Positions 47,884 to 58,157 of a stretch of DNA of 64,000 nucleotides are shown in pieces. The notes below the pieces were generated by a model. It saw only the letters and a list, made by a program, of their open reading frames with translations, searched no databases and had not been told where the DNA came from. Made by a program: the position numbers and the translations under genes. Source of the stretch: an uncultured Poribacteria bacterium (GTDB taxonomy: Bacteria > Poribacteria > WGA-4E > WGA-3G); the NCBI GenBank assembly GCA_958296135.2, contig CATQHZ020000001.1, forward strand, positions 1,120,001-1,184,000, written 5' to 3'. The stretch's first letter is position 1. Every line of letters begins with the position of its first letter.

Positions 47884-50085
47884 CTAGCCATCCTGCTGAA
47901 AGATCTTGTCAAGAATCGACGGCAGAAGTTCGTCAAGTTCCTCGGCTGTCCGAACTTGGAGTGCCTTGATTTGCTGGACCTTTTCTTGGAACTTGTGAAA
48001 CTGATTCAGATAAGCGACAATGCGTTCTTGTTCTTCAGGGGGCGCGATTGGCACCTGAAGAGCTGCCAATTTTCTTCCGTTAAAATTTGGCTGAGCACTC
48101 CCAATTGTGTTTGCTGAAATCTGTTCCCAATAGTTTGGAGACTGGAAGAAGGCGTAGAGATATTGTGGCGTAACCCATTTGCGAACGCGAAGGCGAATCA
48201 GATAGGACGCGAATACTGCTGTCGGGCACTCGTCTACAAGGAAACTTCTCCCTGTCGGTCCAGTCCGAGCAAATAAGATGTCGTCCTTTTGGATAAGGAA
48301 CTTCTCCGGATTTGGACAGTCACAATAGGGCACCGTTTCCCAGTTGACGGATCCATCTTGAATATCCGTAATGCGGAGTAAGTGTGGGCCAATTTGCTCA
48401 GAAGTAGCCGAGGCAGTATAACCATACTGCGGTTTTTCGCACAACTCGCTGACAGGTTTAACAATCCATCCTTTAGAGGGTTTTAAAGCATCTCGGTAAA
48501 CTGAGAGACATTCCGCTCGGATTTCTTCCATGAGTTCCAGAATTATCTGTTCCTTATGGATGATGCTGTTGGCGATTTCCGTAGGCGGCAGATGTTTTAA
48601 AGCCGCCGCGCTGTTGGGGTTCTTGATATCCAAATTCACGGTGGCAATTTTGCCATCGTCGTTGTATTCCAAGACATCCTGCGGGTTAACCTTCCACGCT
48701 TGTTCGGTTTCCTGTCGTTCTGCGATGGGATGGAACCACTGGATGCACGCTGAGAATTCCTCAAACTGCATCGGCTTTGTTTTCGTGTAGTTCTTCCGTC
48801 CTTCAGGTAGCGGGAGTTCGTAAAACCAGATCTCTTCTGTCGGACCGGAGCGGTCGAAAAAGAGCAGATTGGTAGGAATGCTAGTGTACGGTGCGAAAAC
48901 ACCTTTGGGCAAACGGACAATCGTGTGAAGATTGAAGTGGGTGAGGAGTTCTTTCTTAATCCGGGCACAAACGCCATCCCCGAAAAGCGTTCCGTTCGGT
49001 ACGACAACAGCGGCGCGCCCCGGCTTCCCCTTGTTGTTTTCTGGGCGTTTGAGCCTACGCATGATAATCTGGAGGAATAGCAACGCCGTTTCCGAGGTCT
49101 GCATGTCCGCGGGGAAATAATTTTTGATGCTCGCCTCTTCTTCTCCACCGAAAGGGGGGTTGGTGAGGATAACATCGTATCGATCGCTGTTGCCGATTTC
49201 GCTATACCTTTTGACGGTGAGGGAGTTTCCAAAGTCGATACTTGGATTTTCCAAACCGTGCAGGAGCAAGTTCATCTGGCAAAGGAGGTAAGGAAGCGAT
49301 TTCGCCTCTGTGCCGTGGATGGTTGATTCTTGAAGAGTGCGGTGATTCGCGATGGTTTGGCACTGCTTCTGGAGATGCGCAAGTGCTTCGACAAGGAACC
49401 CCCCGGTGCCGCTGGCAGGATCCAGAACGGTTTCACCGAGTTGCGGTTGCGTTACTGCCACGATGAATTGCACCACGGGACGTGGTGTGTAGAATTCGCC
49501 GGAGTCGCCGGCGGCATCCCGCATTTCTTGGAGCATCGTCTCATAAAACCGGCTCAGGGTATGCATTTCCTGGGAGGAGTCAAAATGAATGCCGTTGACT
49601 TTGTTAACGACATCCCTGAGCAGGTAACCTGATTGCATCCGATTGACAGTTTCTCTGAAAACAGTAGAGATAACCTCTTCGCGGCCTTTTCCATCTGTAG
49701 AGCGCAAGGCTCGCAGATAGGCGAAAAGGCCGGGACCTTTAGTGCCGTCTGGCAGTTCAGTTTCGTCGTGGTTGACAAAGTTTATCAGCGCGTCGCCGGT
49801 GGTGCCCCCTTCATCGGATGCCCAATCCCGCCAGCGATACGGCGGTTTAATAATAGGGTAAAATTCTTCGTCTGCGAGTTCTGCTTCGGATTCGCGAATC
49901 CGTTCCATGTCATCAAGGAACTTAAGGAACATAATCCACGTCAGCATCGGAATCCGGTCTGCTTCACCGCTGAGCCCTTTATCCTTGCGCATGATGTCAC
50001 GCGCCGATTTGATAAGGACGCTCAGTTCTTGGGCCGTTGTCTGTGAGTCCTCGTGGAATTTCAACTGTTTTGCGTTTGGTGTCAT
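47884..50085 (-). CDS. hsdM: Type I RM methyltransferase HsdM fused to a single-TRD half-HsdS
   Basis: GEFYTPR, DPASGTGGFL and NPPF, then an HsdS-like segment (W....SELC..PQYG, RITDI, FASYLIR, IAPPEEQERIV). Confidence 0.88.
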   Translation of the reverse strand: MTPNAKQLKFHEDSQTTAQELSVLIKSARDIMRKDKGLSGEADRIPMLTWIMFLKFLDDMERIRESEAELADEEFYPIIKPPYRWRDWASDEGGTTGDALINFVNHDETELPDGTKGPGLFAYLRALRSTDGKGREEVISTVFRETVNRMQSGYLLRDVVNKVNGIHFDSSQEMHTLSRFYETMLQEMRDAAGDSGEFYTPRPVVQFIVAVTQPQLGETVLDPASGTGGFLVEALAHLQKQCQTIANHRTLQESTIHGTEAKSLPYLLCQMNLLLHGLENPSIDFGNSLTVKRYSEIGNSDRYDVILTNPPFGGEEEASIKNYFPADMQTSETALLFLQIIMRRLKRPENNKGKPGRAAVVVPNGTLFGDGVCARIKKELLTHFNLHTIVRLPKGVFAPYTSIPTNLLFFDRSGPTEEIWFYELPLPEGRKNYTKTKPMQFEEFSACIQWFHPIAERQETEQAWKVNPQDVLEYNDDGKIATVNLDIKNPNSAAALKHLPPTEIANSIIHKEQIILELMEEIRAECLSVYRDALKPSKGWIVKPVSELCEKPQYGYTASATSEQIGPHLLRITDIQDGSVNWETVPYCDCPNPEKFLIQKDDILFARTGPTGRSFLVDECPTAVFASYLIRLRVRKWVTPQYLYAFFQSPNYWEQISANTIGSAQPNFNGRKLAALQVPIAPPEEQERIVAYLNQFHKFQEKVQQIKALQVRTAEELDELLPSILDKIFQQDG

Positions 50086-50099
50086 CGGTACTTCTCTTT

Positions 50100-52403
50100 T
50101 CAGGAGGATTCATAAAGAAGCCGCTGAAGTTTTTCAACCGCTTCGCGGAGTTGATCTGTCCCTTTGAAAGCTTTGGCGATTTCAGAGACATTGCCGTACT
50201 CAGAAATAGGCGGAACATTTAAGGCATCAGGAATCTTCAGTTCCTTGTAGCCATGCTGACTGTATTTATCAAGCAGGGCCTGAAGGACGTACTGAGCCAA
50301 AGGGCCATAGTTGTTAAAAAAATCGGAAGCGTTTTGCACGGACTCGGCACGTTGTTTCCTCGTTTGAGTCGGTGCTCCGAAAGCAACGTTGCAGAACAAA
50401 TCAAAGGCATCCACGTCAGGTGCCTGTAATTCTTGGGCTAGTTGCTCCGTTTCAATACCGATCTCTTTCAACTCTTCAACGATTTGGCTTCGTGATTTCG
50501 GATCGAGCCATCTTTCGCGAAGTTCTGATTCGGATTGGTAGCGCGTATAGATTTGTTCGCCTGCGTATTCTGTGTAGGCTTTATGTTGCAGGTTTCCATC
50601 GTGGGTAAGGATGGAAACCCCTTCTTCGGCGATTGTTACGGTCCCTTCGTCGACGTAGAACTTTCGTTCACCGGTCCGGGCGGCGGTAGTGTTAACGTGA
50701 CTACGTTGTTTTCCGGTGGGTTCTTCGATGACTTCTTCCTCGGCGGAGAGTGGTTCGCCATCGAAATCAACGTCGTTAAAATGTTGGATGGAGGCACCTG
50801 TGTAGTCAAGGATATTGAAGGTGAACTTACCGTATTCCTCACAAACGCGGGTGCCTCTGCCGATCATCTGTTTGAATTCAACAATCGAACCAACCCCTCG
50901 GACAATAACAATGTTTTTGACCGTGGGTGCATCGACACCGGTGGTAAGGAGCCTAGAGGTAGTCACAATGCTAACAGAGTTGTCCTCAATATCCTGGAAT
51001 CGGCTGAGACGTTCACGTCCAAAATCACCTTCGTCGGCAGTGATGCGGCTGACATAGTCAGGAAACTTTTGGACATGCTCTGTGTTGAAGTTGGAGAGAA
51101 TCTCCCGCATGGTGTCCGCGTGCTCCTGGTTCACACAGAAGACAATGGTTTTGGCATAAGGATCTGCTTTCAGTAAATCTGTCAGATGCTGCGCTATCGC
51201 GACTGTCCGCGGCCGCAGTGCCAGCGTTTTATCAAAGTCTTCCGTGTTATACAGTTTGTCAGGTATTTCTGCGCCATAGCGATCTGTCTGTCCCTTTTCG
51301 GGTTGCCAACCGTGCGTGTCCGCTGTCGTTTGGATATTTCGGACGCGATAAGGCGCGAGAAACCCGTCTTGAATGCCTTGTTTGAGCGAATAGGTGTAGA
51401 CTGGTTCGCCGAAATATTGGTAGGTGTTCCGTGTTTCTTCGTGGAGCGGTGTCGCGGTCATACCGAGTTGCACCGCTGGCTCAAAGTGTTCAAGAATTGC
51501 GCGCCACAGGCTCTCATCTTGAGAAGAGCCGCGGTGGCACTCATCCACGATAATAAGGTCGAAGAAATCCCTTTCGTATCCACGGTAGAGCCCAAGGCGA
51601 TTTTCGCTTGGGCCTATGGATTGGTAAAGCGCGAAATAGATTTCTCGACTTTTTACTGCTTCGCCTTCGATCCGATGCCGTGCCTCGCCAAAAGCGGAAA
51701 ATTCTTTATTCATCGGGTCATCGACAAGAATTTTCCGATCTGATAAGTAGAGAATTTTCGGGCGATTTGGAGTGCCTTTGAGATTCCAGCGTTGATTCCA
51801 AAGTTTCCAACAAATTTGGAAAGCGGTGGTGGTTTTGCCGGTTCCCGTTGCCATTGTAAGGAGGATCCGCCTTTGTCCTTTTACAATAGCTGAGATGACT
51901 TCGTTGATCGCGATTTGCTGATAGTACCGGGGCGTTTTGCCGCCGGTGAGTTGGAACGGCGAAAGAATGAGGTCTGTCTCTTGTAAAGTGATGCCTTTGC
52001 TCGGGTGCAGACGATGCCACAGATTCACGGGAGTCGGCATTTCGTGGTATTGAGATTCTCTACCTGTGATGAAATCAAATTCCACAATCGCTTCGCCGTT
52101 TGTAGCGTAGGCAAATTTGAGCCCGAGCATCTCGGCATAGGTTTTCGCCTGCTGGATGCCATCGGATGGCAATTTATAGTTTGCCTTCGCCTCAACGACA
52201 GCAATTGGAAACTGGGGTTGCCGATAGTAGAGAATATAATCGGCGCGTCTCGCTTTTCCGCGCGTACCCTCCGCCTCTATTTTTCCATCAGTGAAGCGGA
52301 CCTCCCGTTTAAAGGCTGGCTCGTCAGGGGTGTTTGTATCGCGCCACCCGGCGGCTTTGAGTCGCGGATCGATGTTTCTGATGCGAGTCTTCGCTTCGTT
52401 CAT
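50100..52403 (-). CDS. hsdR: Type I restriction endonuclease subunit R (EcoEI-like)
   Basis: ADY..VVEAK nuclease motif, ATGTGKT, DECHR, MTATP and QMIGRGTR. Confidence 0.92.
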   Translation of the reverse strand: MNEAKTRIRNIDPRLKAAGWRDTNTPDEPAFKREVRFTDGKIEAEGTRGKARRADYILYYRQPQFPIAVVEAKANYKLPSDGIQQAKTYAEMLGLKFAYATNGEAIVEFDFITGRESQYHEMPTPVNLWHRLHPSKGITLQETDLILSPFQLTGGKTPRYYQQIAINEVISAIVKGQRRILLTMATGTGKTTTAFQICWKLWNQRWNLKGTPNRPKILYLSDRKILVDDPMNKEFSAFGEARHRIEGEAVKSREIYFALYQSIGPSENRLGLYRGYERDFFDLIIVDECHRGSSQDESLWRAILEHFEPAVQLGMTATPLHEETRNTYQYFGEPVYTYSLKQGIQDGFLAPYRVRNIQTTADTHGWQPEKGQTDRYGAEIPDKLYNTEDFDKTLALRPRTVAIAQHLTDLLKADPYAKTIVFCVNQEHADTMREILSNFNTEHVQKFPDYVSRITADEGDFGRERLSRFQDIEDNSVSIVTTSRLLTTGVDAPTVKNIVIVRGVGSIVEFKQMIGRGTRVCEEYGKFTFNILDYTGASIQHFNDVDFDGEPLSAEEEVIEEPTGKQRSHVNTTAARTGERKFYVDEGTVTIAEEGVSILTHDGNLQHKAYTEYAGEQIYTRYQSESELRERWLDPKSRSQIVEELKEIGIETEQLAQELQAPDVDAFDLFCNVAFGAPTQTRKQRAESVQNASDFFNNYGPLAQYVLQALLDKYSQHGYKELKIPDALNVPPISEYGNVSEIAKAFKGTDQLREAVEKLQRLLYESS

Positions 52404-52506
52404 AATCAAAAACCCTTGATGTTCCAATCTGAGCGGGCGGATATAGAAATCCGCCCTGACACCCCAGGATATTCTGGAAGTCCCTCTTGAGATTCTTAGA
52501 TGTTAC

Positions 52507-52535
52507 ATTATACACTGCATCACCGTTTTTGTCAA
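52507..52535 (-). promoter_or_regulatory. Consensus sigma70 promoter of the RM operon
   Basis: TTGACA-17nt-TATAAT. Confidence 0.8.
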
Positions 52536-52632
52536 ACCTTTTTTAATTCGTTGACAATTCGCCTGAAGCATTGTTGAGTTTCCGGTTACCTTATACAGAT
52601 TGGGTTAATGCTGGCAGGCGCGAGAGTCCGCG

Positions 52633-54192
52633 TTAGGAATTAAAAAAACCTAGGTATTCGGGAGGGGTTGTGACGAGCATTTCCCCACCCTCCTGATTGG
52701 AGTGCAACAACCAATTTTCACACCGGCTCTTCCAATTTTCCCATCTCGCCTTCATTTGCTCTCGTGTGACATCCAAGCACTCCCAGAGTTCCGAGAGTCC
52801 TGGATCGTTATGGAGAAGATCCGCGGCACGCTGTTTTATTTCGTCGGCACGCTGTTTTATTTCGTCGGCACGCTGTTTTATTTCGTATGTCTCGGAAAGG
52901 AAATCCCAAGGCACCCGTAACGGAGTGCTATTCGGAAAAGCGATTTCTGCCGCTAATTCATGGATGCTCAGTGCCATGTAATACGCGACGAGGGAAGCAC
53001 GATAGGTGAAGTCATCCTCAAATATGAGCCGCAGCCATTCCCACTTGTTATAAGCATTTGCCAGATCTTTCCAACACTCTTTACGATCTAGCAGCAATTC
53101 GCAGTCGCCCATAAGGTGGGGATTTTCCCAGACACGCGTCGTCCCGGAAGACTCAATTGCAAAGGGGACTTTTTCTCGGGCTAAACCCAAGGCGCGAGTT
53201 AACTGCTTCGTGTTGAGGCACAGTGCTCCGTGCAGGCTATGATACACATAACCGAGCGCGTAGGGAATCTGCACCCAAGTTTGGCTCCAGGGTTGGGTGT
53301 TATTGCCCTGCCAGCCACGGATAGTTAACAGGGCACTGAGCAACGATTTTTGATCATTGAACCGCTCGTTTCCTGATTCAACTCCCGCAAGGGCGACAGA
53401 GATTAAGGGCGCAACAATGTCAACGGCCTTATTTACGGCTTGGAACCGGTTTGCAATATCAACAGCCTTATTTACGGCTTGGAACCGGTTTGCTACGTTT
53501 CCCGGTGGTTGTGAATCTAGTTCCTTTTGTCTCCACTGCACTAACGATTGGAATGCATCGGAGCGAATGCTCTTAAGGAGTTGTTGCAAACCAATGGTGT
53601 CTCCCGCTCTAGCAAGTTTGATTGCCGAACGGTAGGCGTGAGATGCGGATTCAACTTTTTCGGGAATGTTGAGAAGGTGGTTGCTTGATACTTCAGGCGC
53701 GGAAGGTTGGCCAGCGTACGGATTTTTCCCTATTGGCGGTTTTTGGATACGCTGTGCTTGGTGGATTTCCCGCAGCAATTCATCGAATTTCTCGTCAAAT
53801 TGGTTGTCATCCGTGAAGTCAATATAGACCCGCGTTCGGAGAAAATCTGGAGTTTTCTTATTACCGGAAGATTGCCGGATGATAGGGATAAATTTCGTTG
53901 TTTCCGAATTCTGATAGAGCTCGGCTGTGATCATTGTGCCCTCATATCCTACGCCCCTTTTCCGGGCATTCGCTTTTTCCACGTAATAAGGGGTGCATAT
54001 CACAATGACCCTATCAGCGTCCCTAACGCCACTTTCTACGAAAAGCGTTAGGTCTCCACCAGGGCTTAAATCCCACTGGTCAAGGATTGCGTCAACCCCG
54101 TTTTCGCAAAGTTTGGTGCAAAGATATCGCACCCATTTCTTATGCTCAAGAGAGTCGTGGGAATATGAAGCGAATACTTTAGGATTTTTCAT
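52633..54192 (-). CDS. SEFIR/TIR domain protein
   Basis: PKVFASYSHDS..HK.WV, LDQW, VICTP.Y.EKA, GVGYE and KFIP motifs, followed by a helical C-terminal region. Confidence 0.88.
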   Translation of the reverse strand: MKNPKVFASYSHDSLEHKKWVRYLCTKLCENGVDAILDQWDLSPGGDLTLFVESGVRDADRVIVICTPYYVEKANARKRGVGYEGTMITAELYQNSETTKFIPIIRQSSGNKKTPDFLRTRVYIDFTDDNQFDEKFDELLREIHQAQRIQKPPIGKNPYAGQPSAPEVSSNHLLNIPEKVESASHAYRSAIKLARAGDTIGLQQLLKSIRSDAFQSLVQWRQKELDSQPPGNVANRFQAVNKAVDIANRFQAVNKAVDIVAPLISVALAGVESGNERFNDQKSLLSALLTIRGWQGNNTQPWSQTWVQIPYALGYVYHSLHGALCLNTKQLTRALGLAREKVPFAIESSGTTRVWENPHLMGDCELLLDRKECWKDLANAYNKWEWLRLIFEDDFTYRASLVAYYMALSIHELAAEIAFPNSTPLRVPWDFLSETYEIKQRADEIKQRADEIKQRAADLLHNDPGLSELWECLDVTREQMKARWENWKSRCENWLLHSNQEGGEMLVTTPPEYLGFFNS

Positions 54193-54307
54193 CGTTTTCC
54201 TTACCTTCAGGATTTCCGCAAGTTCCGTAATTTCAATCGGGGGACGCGACAAAGAGCGCGGGGGCCGCATATTAAGGTTCTATAGACTTCCGAACTACAG
54301 AGATTAA

Positions 54308-54985
54308 TTATGAAGCATCACTGCGAGGACCCATCGACTCCCGCAAACTCCGCTTCAACTCTTTGGAAATCGGATATCCCTCAATCTTCTCAAGGATTTC
54401 CGCGTCGGTCATCCCCTTTTCCTTGAGGTTATCAAGCACCCGTTTGAAGAGTTCCTCAAAACCAAACTTCGCTAAGGCACTGCCGATAAAGGTTGACGCA
54501 AGCAGAATAACGATGCCACCGAGGATACCGCCCGGGCCGAGAATAGTCAAGCCGGCAGTAATCGCTGCCGCACCTGCTACACCTGAAACTGACACCGCGA
54601 CAAGCAAGACGAGTCCGGGGATGCCCAATCCTGCGATGATCTCGGCGGCTTTGTCGATGGAAAGCACGTCTTTTTTGAGCTGCCGGGTCCATTCGGGCCA
54701 TTGGAATGTGGGAGTCTCCGGTTCTGTCTCCTTGGTGAGGGATGGCGCGAGGAATGCGGCGAGTTGCCTGCACGCGAAACTGATATCGCCGAGGGAGGCA
54801 TCGGCGGGGAGTTCGTCAAATAGGCCATCAGGCACTGCGTCAATCGTTTGCAACCGGGCCAGCGTGTTGTTAAATTGTGTAATGCATCGGGATTCGCCGC
54901 CTTGGATAGCGGGTTCTTCTGTCAGTTCGGCTGTCTGCCCGAGCATGTGATAGAGGGACCAGAGTTCCTGTTGATGTTTTTCCAT
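54308..54985 (-). CDS. Hypothetical protein with glycine-rich hydrophobic hairpin
   Basis: GLGIPGLVLL..GVAGAAAITAGL..GPGGILGG segment. Confidence 0.65.
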   Translation of the reverse strand: MEKHQQELWSLYHMLGQTAELTEEPAIQGGESRCITQFNNTLARLQTIDAVPDGLFDELPADASLGDISFACRQLAAFLAPSLTKETEPETPTFQWPEWTRQLKKDVLSIDKAAEIIAGLGIPGLVLLVAVSVSGVAGAAAITAGLTILGPGGILGGIVILLASTFIGSALAKFGFEELFKRVLDNLKEKGMTDAEILEKIEGYPISKELKRSLRESMGPRSDAS

Positions 54986-55071
54986 GGTTATTGTCCTATT
55001 TCTTACGCAGTATGAGCCGCGTAAGCGCGGTTTGAAACCGCGCCTACGGGACGCGAATGATGGCATTCGCT

Positions 55072-56775
<1,704 letters not shown>

Positions 56776-56842
56776 TTAATTCAGTATCAAAGAACTGATT
56801 GGGCGGTCTGCCTGCGCGGCTGCGCGATGGCGACCGCGGTGT

Positions 56843-57133
56843 TTAGCTCACCTTGGCTAGGATGTCATCCTCGCGCAAGATGAGATACTCTGTGCCGTTG
56901 TAGGTTACCTCGGTGCCGCCATATTTGGCGAAAAGCACCAGGTCGCCGATGGCGACATCAACGGATTGACGTTCACCGCTGTCCAGCAGTCGGCCGTTTC
57001 CGACGGCTACGACTTCGCCTTCCTGCGGTTTTTCCTTTGCGGTATCGGGGATGATAATCCCACCGCTGGTGGTCTGCTCATCTTCGTCGGACCGTTTGAC
57101 GAGTATGCGATCGCCAAGAGGTACAAGTGCCAT
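56843..57133 (-). CDS. groES: Co-chaperonin GroES
   Basis: [32 protein letters not shown]. Confidence 0.97.
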   Translation of the reverse strand: MALVPLGDRILVKRSDEDEQTTSGGIIIPDTAKEKPQEGEVVAVGNGRLLDSGERQSVDVAIGDLVLFAKYGGTEVTYNGTEYLILREDDILAKVS

Positions 57134-57258
57134 TGTTTTCAATTCCTCCTTATGTCGTGCGTGCTGGCAATGCACGCTTACAAAAACAGAAGTCCCGGTT
57201 GCGATTTCCGGGGTTTTCGGACGTTGCGAGTGCATCGTCTTCATTACGCTTAATATAT

Positions 57259-57394
57259 AGCAAAATTCGTGCCAATTCGCGCGAGCTGTGTAGACTAGCG
57301 GTCCGCGCGAAAGTTGTGACATTCTGGCAGGTTTTTAAGTGTGACAAATTGTCATATATTCATGTGATTGGCGTTAGGGTATGCCATTTTGGCA
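57259..57394 (-). promoter_or_regulatory. Sigma54 (-24/-12) promoter of groESL with three upstream palindromic boxes
   Basis: TGGCACGAATTTTGCT on the minus strand (57274-57259). Boxes TGACATTCTGGCA, TGACAAATTGTCA and TGCCATTTTGGCA. Confidence 0.75.
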
Positions 57395-57538
57395 CACCTA
57401 TTTCGGTGGAAATTGGGGAGTGGCGGCCGTATTCCGCGTCCCGCGTAGGGCTGGCGCGTTCAAATTACAATAGCGGGCCCGAACGCGCGCGTGCGCGGGC
57501 GGCCGCCAAGCGACGTTCGCGGGGCCCAGGCCCCCGCG

Positions 57539-58024
57539 CTACGTTCCAAGGGTGGGGTTTTCTGCGACGATAGCCTCGGTGGACAGCGGCTGCCTTCTGT
57601 CGCTCACGGGTGCGTCTAACACAGGGGAGGTTTCCTCTTCCGCTGTTTCAAACTGCACGAGCGGCTCAATGGAAATCCGACAGCCGAAGGTGTTCAGCAG
57701 CGTCTGAAGCGTGCTGAGGCAGTGGTGCGCCTCGTCGCTGCCTAACATGTCCAAGAAGGTTTGCGGTGCCACGTCAGTCTGCTTTGCAAGTGCGGCAATG
57801 CCGCCTTGTGCCTCAATGACGCTCTCAATGGCGGACATCACGGCAAGAGGATTGCCGAAGAGTTGGAAGTCTTCCATGACAGCGTGGAGAAAGCCGATTG
57901 CTTCCTCCCGGTCGGCAAGGCGTTCGACGAGGTATTCGCGCCAATCTCCGGTGTCGCTCAAGTCCAGCGTGTCGTTTAAATCTAGTGTGTCACTCAGCAG
58001 TTTTCGCAGTTGTGCGTTACGCAT
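57539..58024 (-). CDS. Addiction-module antidote-like (HI1420-type) HTH protein
   Basis: YL.ERLAD.EEA..FL..V.E and AQGGIAALAKQT pattern. Start uncertain. Confidence 0.6.
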   Translation of the reverse strand: MRNAQLRKLLSDTLDLNDTLDLSDTGDWREYLVERLADREEAIGFLHAVMEDFQLFGNPLAVMSAIESVIEAQGGIAALAKQTDVAPQTFLDMLGSDEAHHCLSTLQTLLNTFGCRISIEPLVQFETAEEETSPVLDAPVSDRRQPLSTEAIVAENPTLGT

Positions 58025-58157
58025 TGATAATTTCTCGATAGTGCGCGGACGGGTGTGGACGACATCCGCCTTTACAGTCATTTGGTTCGGGCGGATAGAG
58101 ACATCCGCCCTTACAGTCCGGGCGTGGGTGGCTCTGAACGCTGTCTGCCCAGTCGTT

